The position numbers and the translations under genes are program-made. 64,000 nt of DNA from a virus, in IMG/VR virus record IMGVR_UViG_3300025699_000004; one strand, written 5' to 3'. Position 1 is the stretch's first letter. Every line of letters begins with the position of its first letter. The notes beneath the pieces are model-generated. The model was not told the origin of the DNA. It saw nothing but the letters and a program-made list of their open reading frames with translations, and made no database searches. Of this stretch, positions 40,105-49,327 are shown piece after piece.

Positions 40105-42129
40105 TTATTTACTTTTCACTTTTTTTTTGCTATGATACAATAAAGCGGCTGGAAAGCACTCCACTTCATGCTTGCTAGACTCTTCTAATATTTCAGGTAA
40201 AACAGATAGCTTTTCTATCTTGTCTAAATTTTTCACGCATGAAGATACAGTTCTTGTCCATAAATTTTGACTTTTAGATAAAACCACAGATTCGCACAAC
40301 TGTCTTGCTAGCTTTTCTTGATCAGGAGTTAATTCTTTCAACTTAAAATGCTCCTTCATCTTATTTGACGCATGACTTTCTAAATTCTCAATTTTATAGA
40401 CAATGTTTTGTATATCTTTTCTTGAATAAAGATCAGAAGCGTTTACTTGTCTTGGTATTCCAGTTGTCCCCTTTGGTCTTCCTACTGGCCTTCCGCTTGA
40501 TTTAGGGCCTGATGAACTTTTATCATCTCCAGTCGGTACGGTGTCAACTTCTCCATCTCCATCGACATCTATCATTGGAATACCTCCGACCAAAGGATTA
40601 TACATACCTTCTTTTCTTTTTTCGATATATCTCTCCTGAGCGGGCTCTATTTCTTCTGAGTTTGGATATATGCCAGTTTTTATAGCATTAATTCCTTGCT
40701 CTGGAGTGAGTATTCCCATTTCAATTAATCGAGTAACAACCCTTTGTAATTGAACCTCATCCTTAATGTCAATTTCCTCAAATCTAGCCGTAGGGTAAAC
40801 TTTAAATCCCATTTCCTGGCAAACTAATTTTATCTGAGGTTGAAGAAAATTATGCAAGAAAGCTTGTCTGGCTTCTTTTAATCTTTCTAAAAATATCTCA
40901 GCCTTTACTTGGGTGTTCTTATATTTCTCATCTCCCACAATTACATTCTGAAGTCCCTGTCTAATATCTTCATTAACTATTTGATATTTTTCTGGACCAA
41001 TTACTTTACCTATATCAGGAAGGACAAACTCAGCCTTAGTTGTATAATCTGCGACTAATACCCTTCCAACACTTTCATTCTGAAAAAGAGATTGCATTGC
41101 TTGCATATTGCTAGGATTAATTCCGCCCTTATCTGGATCGGTCCCCATTGTAATTAAAAGTATTACATTCTCTATAGTTCTACTAATCGCTTGATCAACT
41201 TTTTTCAACTCCATCTTCCAGTTAATGTCATCTAGAACTGGGAATCCAAAAGGAATAGCGAATGGTTCGTAATCTTGTTTTTTGTAAAAAGAAACGCAAA
41301 GCTTCGATGGATCTAAGTTCATTAAGACTCCGTCGCTAGACCAACCCCCTTGCTTTATTCTTTTTTTCGTGTCCTCAGGCAAAGAGTTAAATATCTCTTC
41401 ATCCTCCTGAGTTTTTGGGTTTTTAAGTCTTTCTAACTCATATTCAGATAATATTTTCTTGTAACAGTTTATATCAAAAGTAGTACTTCTGGAAGCAACT
41501 ATGTCGTAAGGATTTAAAACTGTATATTTTATTGGAATCTCCCCTTTATCAAGAAAGCTTGATCCGTAAATTTTATGCAATTTTGAAAAATCTTCAGAAT
41601 TAAATTTTCCATCCATTCTATACAAAAATATATTTCCAGATCTATAATATTCTCTAAAAAATTGATCTTTTAATGACCAGAGATTTATTTTTGAGAACCA
41701 TTTTTTTATAAAAGTCCTTGATTTTTCATTTCCTTGTTCCACATAAATGGGTGAATTAGCTAATTCTGCCATAATATCTATAGCATTCCTAAATATAGGG
41801 ACATTAGCATAGGCTTTCTGGCAAAGCTCTATAGACTCCTTAACATCAACCCCGTCAGAAGAAACGCTAAACGGAAGCATTCCTTGGGCTATATTCTCAA
41901 ACCTATATTTTTTAGAAGAAATAGCTGTAGAGTTCCTTCTTCTCGATGTCGATGATCCGCCCCCATTCCTCGAATAGCCTCCAGTAGAAGCAGAAGAAAC
42001 ATAAAAACTTTCTCCAGCTGATGCAGGAGGAATACCTGGATTCACATCATTTCCTTGCATTAAGTCCGTTATAGGTTTATTAAATTTCTCCCAGTATTCG
42101 GATTTTTTTTGGTACTTTCTTTTGCTCAT
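40105..42129 (-). CDS. Portal protein (674 aa)
   Basis: Lies between terL and the protease; Y..VPIFRNAIDIMAE, FFREYYRSGN, YEPFAIPFGFPVL. Confidence 0.85.
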   Translation of the reverse strand: MSKRKYQKKSEYWEKFNKPITDLMQGNDVNPGIPPASAGESFYVSSASTGGYSRNGGGSSTSRRRNSTAISSKKYRFENIAQGMLPFSVSSDGVDVKESIELCQKAYANVPIFRNAIDIMAELANSPIYVEQGNEKSRTFIKKWFSKINLWSLKDQFFREYYRSGNIFLYRMDGKFNSEDFSKLHKIYGSSFLDKGEIPIKYTVLNPYDIVASRSTTFDINCYKKILSEYELERLKNPKTQEDEEIFNSLPEDTKKRIKQGGWSSDGVLMNLDPSKLCVSFYKKQDYEPFAIPFGFPVLDDINWKMELKKVDQAISRTIENVILLITMGTDPDKGGINPSNMQAMQSLFQNESVGRVLVADYTTKAEFVLPDIGKVIGPEKYQIVNEDIRQGLQNVIVGDEKYKNTQVKAEIFLERLKEARQAFLHNFLQPQIKLVCQEMGFKVYPTARFEEIDIKDEVQLQRVVTRLIEMGILTPEQGINAIKTGIYPNSEEIEPAQERYIEKRKEGMYNPLVGGIPMIDVDGDGEVDTVPTGDDKSSSGPKSSGRPVGRPKGTTGIPRQVNASDLYSRKDIQNIVYKIENLESHASNKMKEHFKLKELTPDQEKLARQLCESVVLSKSQNLWTRTVSSCVKNLDKIEKLSVLPEILEESSKHEVECFPAALLYHSKKKVKSK

Positions 42130-42139
42130 TGTATATATG

Positions 42140-42145
42140 ATACAC
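42140..42145 (-). promoter_or_regulatory. GTGTA motif
   Basis: GTGTAT 10 nt before the portal start. Confidence 0.65.
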
Positions 42146-42188
42146 GAAAGTCGATCAAAAGTCTAAAAGTTAACTTTCTAACTTTCTA
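42146..42188. promoter_or_regulatory. AAAGT/ACTTT repeat cluster with a 12-bp palindrome between terL and portal
   Basis: gAAAGTcgatcaAAAGTctaAAAGTtaACTTTctaACTTTcta; AAAGTTAACTTT at 42166-42177. Confidence 0.4.
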
Positions 42189-44057
42189 TTTTATGAACAT
42201 AGGGGTGAATCCTGCAACCACCTTTTTCTCGGTCGAAGACATTATATCATAGTATACTTTTATCATCCAGTTGCCTAACACCATAGCCGAATAAGCGTCC
42301 TTTCTCGCTTTATGCGGTCCCGTGGTCCTCTTTAGAGTATCAGGGAGGTCAAAGGTTTGATTTCCTTGTGGAGAGGTTTTAATTTGTATTAATGCACATT
42401 GAGTTTTTACCAACTCCATCATGTCTTGTTGATGTTCAACAAAATCTATCATTTTAGCTCCCGAACTTTGCTTCTCCTCTGCGTCAGCGAAAGTCGAAAA
42501 TTTCAAATCTTTAATAGGTATTTTCTTTTTTATTTGTTCATGATAACTATTATTTATAGCTCTGCCCGCAAAGAATACTCTTTTATGATCGAAATTAGCC
42601 TGAAGGAGTTCGTTGGCTCTTCTGATCCATTGACTGGTAGGCTTCCTCAATATACAATATTTTCTTTCTGATAAATTGTATTGTTTTTTAGCTTCAATTA
42701 AATCTTCGCTATAAGACTCAGGCTTTTCAAAATCCGATGTCAGCATGTCAATGAAAATTTTAGACTTCTTGAATAAACCGCTTTCATTGCATGCATTTAT
42801 AAATTGAACCCCTCCATTGTAATCTCCAACTATTGCGACTATATTAAAGTTAGTTAAGATATAATGAAAATATTTCATATGATGCTTCAAGCTGGTTCCT
42901 GGCAACGCGTAGCCATGAACTAATGTGCCAGTTTTTGTTTGATCATTTATTTTAAATACCTGAATCGCAAAGTCATCAGAACTTTCGGACTCTGCCCAAC
43001 TAGGGTCAAACGAAATAATATACTTCGATTCAGAATCTCCAGAAACCTCAATGCTGGGATCTTCCCCATCAGGGATAGTGCAATCGACCATGCGGGATGT
43101 CTTAAAGTATCCAGAGCTATCGTCTGTAAATACAGCACCAAATTCTCTGTCAAACTGAGACTGACTCATAGTAGATTTTGATTGTAAAATTAAATTTTCA
43201 TCGTACAGTCTTTTGGGAGCGCAATCGTAGCTAAACTGCATAATACATCTATTCGCATCTCCTTGTTCCGCATCATAAGGATTCGCTATTAACCCTTCGA
43301 ATTTTTCATAAAGCTTGTAGAGATATTCAAATTTATAACTTGCTGAAGATAGCATTATCAACTTATTGTTCGGCCACTTATACCTATCTTTTTCTTGCAT
43401 TTTTCCTTGGGCGATTAAGTCGCTTTCCACTTGATGCATTCTTTCTCTTTCCACAGGATTTTCTACAACAGATAAAAATGGCACTATAACCTCATTATAT
43501 ATTCTTTCTGGCATCAATAACATTTCGTCAATAATAATTCTATGAAACCTGAAGCCTCTCAACTTAGATCCATCACCCAGAGGTAAAGCTCTTATCCTAG
43601 AGCTGCCTATCTCAAGTAACCATTCATCATTATTTTTGGATTTATGAGTTATACATTGGGCCAACATTCTCGCCTCAGGTTTTGCGGCAATGTCTTCTAT
43701 TTTTTTAAAAATCATTTTAGACTGTCTAAATGATTTTGACAATATACCAATCTCAACGCCTGGATTAAGTATAGCATCCAAGAATGCATATATTCCTGTG
43801 GTAAAAGATTTAGACATACCTCTTGACCAAATACCTAAAGTGTAATCACTTTCAAACATAGCTTTAATCGCTAAGTGTTGAAAGGGAAAAAGCTCAACCC
43901 CCGAAACCAGATCTGTAAAGAAAGTGACGTTTTCTCTTAGAAACTGATAAAGTAATATTTTAGCCTCGTCTTCATCTAGAAACCCTTCTATTTCCTTGAG
44001 CTTCTTGTTGAAATCTTCTTTTTTTAATCGTTGTTGATCTCCTATTTCCCAACTCAT
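42186..44057 (-). CDS. terL: Terminase large subunit (623 aa)
   Basis: ELFPFQ, Walker A WSRGMSKS, LRGFRF..IIIDE Walker B, nuclease DPSWAESE.SDDF and KDAYSA. Confidence 0.95.
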   Translation of the reverse strand: MSWEIGDQQRLKKEDFNKKLKEIEGFLDEDEAKILLYQFLRENVTFFTDLVSGVELFPFQHLAIKAMFESDYTLGIWSRGMSKSFTTGIYAFLDAILNPGVEIGILSKSFRQSKMIFKKIEDIAAKPEARMLAQCITHKSKNNDEWLLEIGSSRIRALPLGDGSKLRGFRFHRIIIDEMLLMPERIYNEVIVPFLSVVENPVERERMHQVESDLIAQGKMQEKDRYKWPNNKLIMLSSASYKFEYLYKLYEKFEGLIANPYDAEQGDANRCIMQFSYDCAPKRLYDENLILQSKSTMSQSQFDREFGAVFTDDSSGYFKTSRMVDCTIPDGEDPSIEVSGDSESKYIISFDPSWAESESSDDFAIQVFKINDQTKTGTLVHGYALPGTSLKHHMKYFHYILTNFNIVAIVGDYNGGVQFINACNESGLFKKSKIFIDMLTSDFEKPESYSEDLIEAKKQYNLSERKYCILRKPTSQWIRRANELLQANFDHKRVFFAGRAINNSYHEQIKKKIPIKDLKFSTFADAEEKQSSGAKMIDFVEHQQDMMELVKTQCALIQIKTSPQGNQTFDLPDTLKRTTGPHKARKDAYSAMVLGNWMIKVYYDIMSSTEKKVVAGFTPMFIK

Positions 44058-44416
44058 TCCCTAAATATTTTTTGACACTTATAGGAAGTTGGCCCCCAGA
44101 AATCTTCTGATATTTCTATGACTTCACTGGGCTTATAACCCGCGCAACTGTGAATATTGACAAATATGTCTTTTGATTTGTTTATTAAATGAGCTGTAAT
44201 TAAGCAATTCGAAGTTTCATGTACTAACCTGAATCCAGACATCTCTTCTTCGTGCTCCCCAAAGGGAGAAACCACGCCCATAATTTCAGCATCAGGATCG
44301 ATAAATTCGCCCAATTTTTTAGCGAAATCTTTTGCAGTTTCTTCGTTAATTTTTTTTGATTCGCACTTTTTTAAATCCAAGCATAAATCAAGAGACCATA
44401 GTGTTTTGTTTTTCAT
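44054..44416 (-). CDS. speD: S-adenosylmethionine decarboxylase-like proenzyme (120 aa)
   Basis: LDLCLD..C, FGE..EMSGFRL..ETS...AH...D.FVNIHSC..Y; fits the prokaryotic AdoMetDC layout but is divergent at the cleavage site. Confidence 0.6.
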   Translation of the reverse strand: MKNKTLWSLDLCLDLKKCESKKINEETAKDFAKKLGEFIDPDAEIMGVVSPFGEHEEEMSGFRLVHETSNCLITAHLINKSKDIFVNIHSCAGYKPSEVIEISEDFWGPTSYKCQKIFRE

Positions 44417-45344
44417 CTATTTTTTTATCTATATAATATTGTAAATCCACATTCCATAATTCCTTACCGTATAATAATAACTTTGGAATTATATTTTTCA
44501 ACCCAGATCTATTATGCAAGAACAAAACCTGACAAACATCTTTATAGCTTTGGCTCATTTCTTTTAAGTTGTGCCATATATATGGGAGTTTTGATTTGTG
44601 CGCTCCGAAATTATTATTTAACTTTATTTTTTCTATACTGCTTTCCACCCCTATGAATATAAAAGAATTCAACTCCCTTGCTCTATCCAATTCCCTCTTG
44701 AATCTTTCATAGTTTTTTCCGCTTAAAGTACTCTTGAAGTCCTGCTCGCTCTTTCTATCTACATATGTATAGTCGTAGTATTTGCCTCCGCATGTATAGT
44801 CTCCAAAATCTAATTTCATATCAATACTTTTTTTAAATTTTAAAGGTTTTTGTTCTCTAGTATCCACGAAAATTTCTAAATCCTGAGGCGAATCAACTTG
44901 AAAAAAGTTCTCTGGAATTCTATTTTTCAACAAATTTTTTACACCTAGAGGTTTAGATAACTTGCAATAGCTGCCAAATATTTTTCTATACGTGTCGATA
45001 TCAGGCAAGTCACATAACTCAAGCTCCACATGACTCAACAAGTATTTAATCCCCTTCTCTTCGATTCTTTTTTTTAAGAGAGTCCTGCAATACTCTAAAG
45101 TTTCACTTTTATTTTTATCATTGCACCACTGTATCAATTCGGCTCTATTTAAAAAATCTCGGTTCTTATAATCCTTAATATTTTTAAAAGGAATTTTTTT
45201 TCCAAAAAGCAGACTCTTCTTGGGGCAATATTCCTCGTAATATTTTGAAATTTCAAGCTTATGAGCTTTCGATATGTGTAAGTGAAGCCCTCTCTCTTTG
45301 TCGAATTTTTTACCGCATATTTCGCACTCAAATTCTTCCGACAT
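44388..45344 (-). CDS. C2H2 zinc finger plus ERCC4/XPF-type nuclease (318 aa)
   Basis: CEICGKKF....GLHLHISKAH; VDTREQ, GDY, VDRKS..DF, IGVE. Confidence 0.85.
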   Translation of the reverse strand: MSEEFECEICGKKFDKERGLHLHISKAHKLEISKYYEEYCPKKSLLFGKKIPFKNIKDYKNRDFLNRAELIQWCNDKNKSETLEYCRTLLKKRIEEKGIKYLLSHVELELCDLPDIDTYRKIFGSYCKLSKPLGVKNLLKNRIPENFFQVDSPQDLEIFVDTREQKPLKFKKSIDMKLDFGDYTCGGKYYDYTYVDRKSEQDFKSTLSGKNYERFKRELDRARELNSFIFIGVESSIEKIKLNNNFGAHKSKLPYIWHNLKEMSQSYKDVCQVLFLHNRSGLKNIIPKLLLYGKELWNVDLQYYIDKKIDEKQNTMVS

Positions 45345-46393
45345 TACATTACATCCTCTTTCCTTAAACCCATGACCCTAGCCTTCCAGGAGTCCATTGA
45401 TTCAAGCTTATCTATTTCTTCCTCGACCAGCATTTTTTGCTTTTCCGCTATTTCTATCATCCTGTTTCTTTCTTCTTGCTCTTGAAATGATTGCACCAAA
45501 TTTAATATAGATGCATATTTATCTTGTTTGTTTTTCATCCTGACGGATCTATCTCCATTAAGTTTTTTTATCAACGACTCTTGTCTTTGTTCACACTGGT
45601 GATATTCCGCGCTTTTAGCCTTAAGTATCTCCGCTAACTTTACTGACATTTCTGTTTGATCTTCAACCTCGTCAAACATTCTATTTAATTTTTCCATGTT
45701 TTTTTGAATAATTTTTAAATTAACATAATCAACACATACATTTATATATAAATTAACTTCGTCTGTTGTTAAGTCGGGCTTATCCCATACAGCTCTAATG
45801 AATTCCCCTTCAAAGAGCTTTGCATCCTGGCAGTTATAAGTATTCATCAAATCAACAAACCTGGGCGACGATAAAAACTTTTCAAGAGCGTTTAAGTTTT
45901 CTTTATCTGATCTTTTTAATGTTTTTTCGTCTACTTCAACTTGAGCGAAACTTTTGATCTTTTTAGTCAATTTCGCTATTGTATTTGGTATTTCATACTG
46001 TTTTCTCTCGATAATTAATTCTTCAGGTTTTATGAAATCAATAGAATTAGTTTTTAGGAAATTCGCTACAGCTCTTTGTTCCATGCTTAGGTTTTTCACC
46101 TCTTTATCTTGAAATAATAATTGGGCTATTTGCAGGCTGTTTAGCCTGTCTCTAGAATATTCCTTAATTAATTCTTCCTGACTTTCCGTTAATATTATTT
46201 TTTTTGCTTTTTTATGAACTTTCGTTTTGTATCCAAACCCCATTTCCAGCATGTAAGAAGCAACAGCTTTCCCCTCCTTGTTTCTTCCGTCTAGAGACTG
46301 ATCGTTAAATAAAGTTCTGGTCAATTGATCTATATCTGGTATATGCAAATAATTATTACCTATAAATTTCTTTTGATCATTATTAAGTTCCAT
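45344..46393 (-). CDS. Hypothetical helical protein (349 aa)
   Basis: ORF in an operon with coupled stop/start; C-terminal coiled coil; no motif recognised. Confidence 0.6.
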   Translation of the reverse strand: MELNNDQKKFIGNNYLHIPDIDQLTRTLFNDQSLDGRNKEGKAVASYMLEMGFGYKTKVHKKAKKIILTESQEELIKEYSRDRLNSLQIAQLLFQDKEVKNLSMEQRAVANFLKTNSIDFIKPEELIIERKQYEIPNTIAKLTKKIKSFAQVEVDEKTLKRSDKENLNALEKFLSSPRFVDLMNTYNCQDAKLFEGEFIRAVWDKPDLTTDEVNLYINVCVDYVNLKIIQKNMEKLNRMFDEVEDQTEMSVKLAEILKAKSAEYHQCEQRQESLIKKLNGDRSVRMKNKQDKYASILNLVQSFQEQEERNRMIEIAEKQKMLVEEEIDKLESMDSWKARVMGLRKEDVM

Positions 46394-47094
46394 TATAAAA
46401 ATATATCCTTTCTTTTTATTAGGCTCAAGGCCTTCTCCTTAAACTTACTCTTTAAATTTTTTATTTGCTTGTAACCAGCCTTCCGACCTTTTTCTGAAGT
46501 TTTATAACCAAGCTTTAGGGCCACTTGCTCTTCGTCTATTTTATCAATGAAAAGCATTTTATAAATTCCAAATTGTTTTTCGCTAAGGTAGCTTTTCATT
46601 TCCTTATGGAATTTTTTAACATTTAAATCTATATCTTCATTTAATATATTAAAAGACTTAAGGTCATATTGTAAGTTTTCCATTGAAACTGGAAGTTTTA
46701 TATCGCAAGCATGTTTTTTGGCCTTCGACCATTTTTTATAGAGCGGGCATGTGTTATCCTGCTTCCCGCTTTTCGTAAATCCGCAGGCATTCTCTTCTGC
46801 TGACCCAGACATATTAAGAGGGCAATTAGAGCATGGCTTAACGAAACTGTGGTAATTATTTCTTAAGATATTTTTAAATTGATTTGTTATGATTTTGTTA
46901 ACCCAAGGTAACAAAGATCTCTCTTGATCCCATTGGTCCCATTTTTTATATATATGAGCCCTTATTATCTGGGAAACATCATCAAAATCCATCCACGCTA
47001 AAGAAGTTAAACGCCACTTACCCCGACGTTTTTGTATTTCTTTATCTATATCGATGTATTTATCTTCGTAATTGAACTTACTTTTCTTCGCCAC
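46393..47094 (-). CDS. Phage sigma-factor-like protein (233 aa)
   Basis: Region-2-like DFDDVSQII..HIYKKW..WD..R.L.PWVNKIITNQ.KN.LR; region-4-like HTH EEQVALKLGY. Confidence 0.7.
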   Translation of the reverse strand: MAKKSKFNYEDKYIDIDKEIQKRRGKWRLTSLAWMDFDDVSQIIRAHIYKKWDQWDQERSLLPWVNKIITNQFKNILRNNYHSFVKPCSNCPLNMSGSAEENACGFTKSGKQDNTCPLYKKWSKAKKHACDIKLPVSMENLQYDLKSFNILNEDIDLNVKKFHKEMKSYLSEKQFGIYKMLFIDKIDEEQVALKLGYKTSEKGRKAGYKQIKNLKSKFKEKALSLIKRKDIFL

Positions 47095-47392
47095 TTTGTT
47101 TTAGTTCATTTATTTTCCCTATTATGTCTGATCCTTTAATAACCCTACCTGACCCTCCATAGTCTACGTCCACTTTCAATCCACCTCTAATTTCGGGGAC
47201 ATAATCTATATCCGAAAAATCATCGCCTTGATCAATTTCTCTTGCTTTGGAAGTTTTAAGAGCCCTTGTCTTCGGGGCATCTTTAATCGCCGCACTTAAT
47301 CCCAGGGGCTTGCCGCATCCTCCGCAAAACTTAGGTGGATGAATTGAATATTCGTTTTTATAACCACAATGAGTACAGTATGTATTAGCCAT
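47078..47392 (-). CDS. Zinc-ribbon protein (104 aa)
   Basis: CTHCG...PKFCGGCG. Confidence 0.7.
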   Translation of the reverse strand: MANTYCTHCGYKNEYSIHPPKFCGGCGKPLGLSAAIKDAPKTRALKTSKAREIDQGDDFSDIDYVPEIRGGLKVDVDYGGSGRVIKGSDIIGKINELKQSGEEK

Positions 47393-47713
47393 TTAAATCC
47401 TTCTTGATATTAGTTTGCAATATTTTTTTATAACCCTTTTTTCTTTTTCAGATAAATCATCACTAAGTTCGGACATTCGTATTTCAACCATATCTATCTC
47501 AACATTCGAAGAGATCGCTGCATCTGAATTGTATCTCTCTTCCTTCTTTAATACTATTTGAGCTCGTTTAATCTTGCCTTGCGCTAGAATTTTTTTAATT
47601 TCTAGTTTTAAGTTAGACTCTTTTCTCTTTGACAAGAGCAGTTGTATTAACATAACGATGATCGCTACAGACCCACCTATAATTGCTGAAATTATTTCAT
47701 TACTCATAAACAC
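47393..47713 (-). CDS. Single-pass membrane protein (~104-106 aa)
   Basis: N-terminal TM IISAIIGGSVAIIVMLIQLLLS followed by a basic segment; start may be the ATG at 47707. Confidence 0.6.
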   Translation of the reverse strand: MFMSNEIISAIIGGSVAIIVMLIQLLLSKRKESNLKLEIKKILAQGKIKRAQIVLKKEERYNSDAAISSNVEIDMVEIRMSELSDDLSEKEKRVIKKYCKLISRRI

Positions 47714-47745
47714 TTTATGATAAAAAAATTTTTAAAAATTTAAAT

Positions 47746-48459
47746 TTATTTTTCTAATTTCTTAATTATAAATTTTAAAATCTCACTTCTTACGATATCC
47801 TCTTGGTTGAAAGAAAAACAGTGAATTCCATTATCCGAACTCTCTTTATCCTTAAATACATTAAACATTTGAGAGAATCCAGACTTACCATTTATATCAC
47901 TTTGCATAAAATCTCCGCATATAAAAATTTTAGTATTTTTTCCTATTCTAGTTATTAATGTTGTCAATTCCTTGAATGTCGCATTCTGAGCTTCATCCAT
48001 TATTACAATTTTGTTATTCCAGCTAGAACCCCTTAAGAAATTTATAGGCATAGCATCTATCCTCCCCTTCTCCTCCAGGTCTCTTCTTGCTGTGGTATTC
48101 TTGGGTAATAGCTCGTATAATTTATCATTTAACGGTAAGATGTAGGGGTTGAACTTTGTATCCAAGTCTCCAGGTAGTGCCCCAAGCCCCTTATCGGCGC
48201 TTTCTATTATAGTCCTAACATAGAGAAGGTCCAAGTCCTTATCGTCCGACAGCAGCCTTAGAGCGCAATAGACTGCCATGTATGTTTTTGAGCTTCCTGC
48301 GGGCCCAGATACAAAAGTAATTTTACTTTCTTTGTCTAGAGATAAATCCAGTAAAGCTTTTTGCTTTTTAGTTAGAGACAATCTATTGAGAGATATTTTA
48401 TCAGAACCAATTGATATGTCTTGCTTTGTTAGTTTAGTTTTTGTTTTTTTTGTTGCCAT
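47746..48459 (-). CDS. phoH: PhoH-family ATPase (237 aa)
   Basis: GPAGSSKT Walker A, LPGDL..K, PINFLRGSSW, IMDEAQN, GDFMQSDI, DIVRS. Confidence 0.95.
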   Translation of the reverse strand: MATKKTKTKLTKQDISIGSDKISLNRLSLTKKQKALLDLSLDKESKITFVSGPAGSSKTYMAVYCALRLLSDDKDLDLLYVRTIIESADKGLGALPGDLDTKFNPYILPLNDKLYELLPKNTTARRDLEEKGRIDAMPINFLRGSSWNNKIVIMDEAQNATFKELTTLITRIGKNTKIFICGDFMQSDINGKSGFSQMFNVFKDKESSDNGIHCFSFNQEDIVRSEILKFIIKKLEK

Positions 48460-48985
48460 GTTTAATGTTATTTAAAATATTATTAATTAATGCTCCTTTG
48501 TTTTTGTTAGTCTCATGATACCACTTCCAATGAATAGACTCTATTATATTTTTTATATCCAATTTTAAAGAATCGACCTCTCTTTCCATTTGCTCGATTT
48601 GTCTAAATGAAATACCATCTACATTCACATTTAACTTTATTGCATTGTCTATTAACTTAGATATTTCCCCTTCTTTTTTAGCTTTTGCGGATTCTATAAA
48701 AATGTCTTGATCATACTTTTCTATTTTGTCAGGATGGCTTTTTTTGGCTATCTCCCTAAATATCGACTTAATCTCCTCCTCGTTTACTGAAGTTTTATCT
48801 TGTTTTTCTTTTTTTTCTGGCTTGAATTCTAAATCGACATTTTCTTTCTTAGCTCGAAATGAAATCTCTTCATTAAATAATTGCAAAGCCTTTAATTCTA
48901 CATCTCTTAAGCTCAAATATTCAGAAGTTAGATTTCTCCACTCAACCCTTATTCTTTTTAATATTTTCTTTTTTTCTTTCAACAT
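48434..48985 (-). CDS. J-domain (DnaJ-like) protein (183 aa)
   Basis: IKSIFREIAKKSHPDK with the HPD motif. Confidence 0.75.
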   Translation of the reverse strand: MLKEKKKILKRIRVEWRNLTSEYLSLRDVELKALQLFNEEISFRAKKENVDLEFKPEKKEKQDKTSVNEEEIKSIFREIAKKSHPDKIEKYDQDIFIESAKAKKEGEISKLIDNAIKLNVNVDGISFRQIEQMEREVDSLKLDIKNIIESIHWKWYHETNKNKGALINNILNNIKHGNKKNKN

Positions 48986-49262
48986 ATTTTCTTATGCCAT
49001 AAAATGTGCCCGAACAAATCAGTAGAACTAATATGATTCCCAGTATTCCAAAAAACACAAATGCAGGCTTCTGCAAATCCACGCCTTGACCTTCTTGATT
49101 TTGAAATTCTTCCTGCGATATAAAATTATCTTGATTTTTGTCTATTTTTCTAAATTTTTTTTGATCGTAGATTTCTGAACGATCAGCATCAGGATTATTT
49201 ATCAAGCCCTTCATAGAGCAAGACGCCAGACTTAAAAGGGTTATAAAAAATAAGAATTTCAC
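48942..49262 (-). CDS. Lipoprotein with an EF-hand loop and C-terminal TM helix (106 aa)
   Basis: Lipobox LASC; DKNQDNFISQEEF EF-hand; TM FVFFGILGIILVLLIC; basic tail. Confidence 0.7.
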   Translation of the reverse strand: MKFLFFITLLSLASCSMKGLINNPDADRSEIYDQKKFRKIDKNQDNFISQEEFQNQEGQGVDLQKPAFVFFGILGIILVLLICSGTFYGIRKYVERKKENIKKNKG

Positions 49263-49321
49263 AATTTACCAAAATTAATAATGCTATAGAAATAATAGTT
49301 TTTAAATTTAATATAATTGTA

Positions 49322-49327
49322 TTACAC
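49322..49327 (-). promoter_or_regulatory. GTGTA motif
   Basis: GTGTAA at the head of the leftward operon that starts with the lipoprotein. Confidence 0.5.

Noticed and set aside
47746-48459. phoH as a novelty
   Set aside because: Very common in large aquatic phages; listed as a feature only.
44388-49262. Eukaryotic giant-virus origin suggested by ERCC4, C2H2, J-domain, EF-hand, JAMM and many GTs
   Set aside because: Terminase, portal, prohead protease, TMP, lambda-type tail tip, sigma-like factor and lipobox all indicate a tailed bacteriophage.
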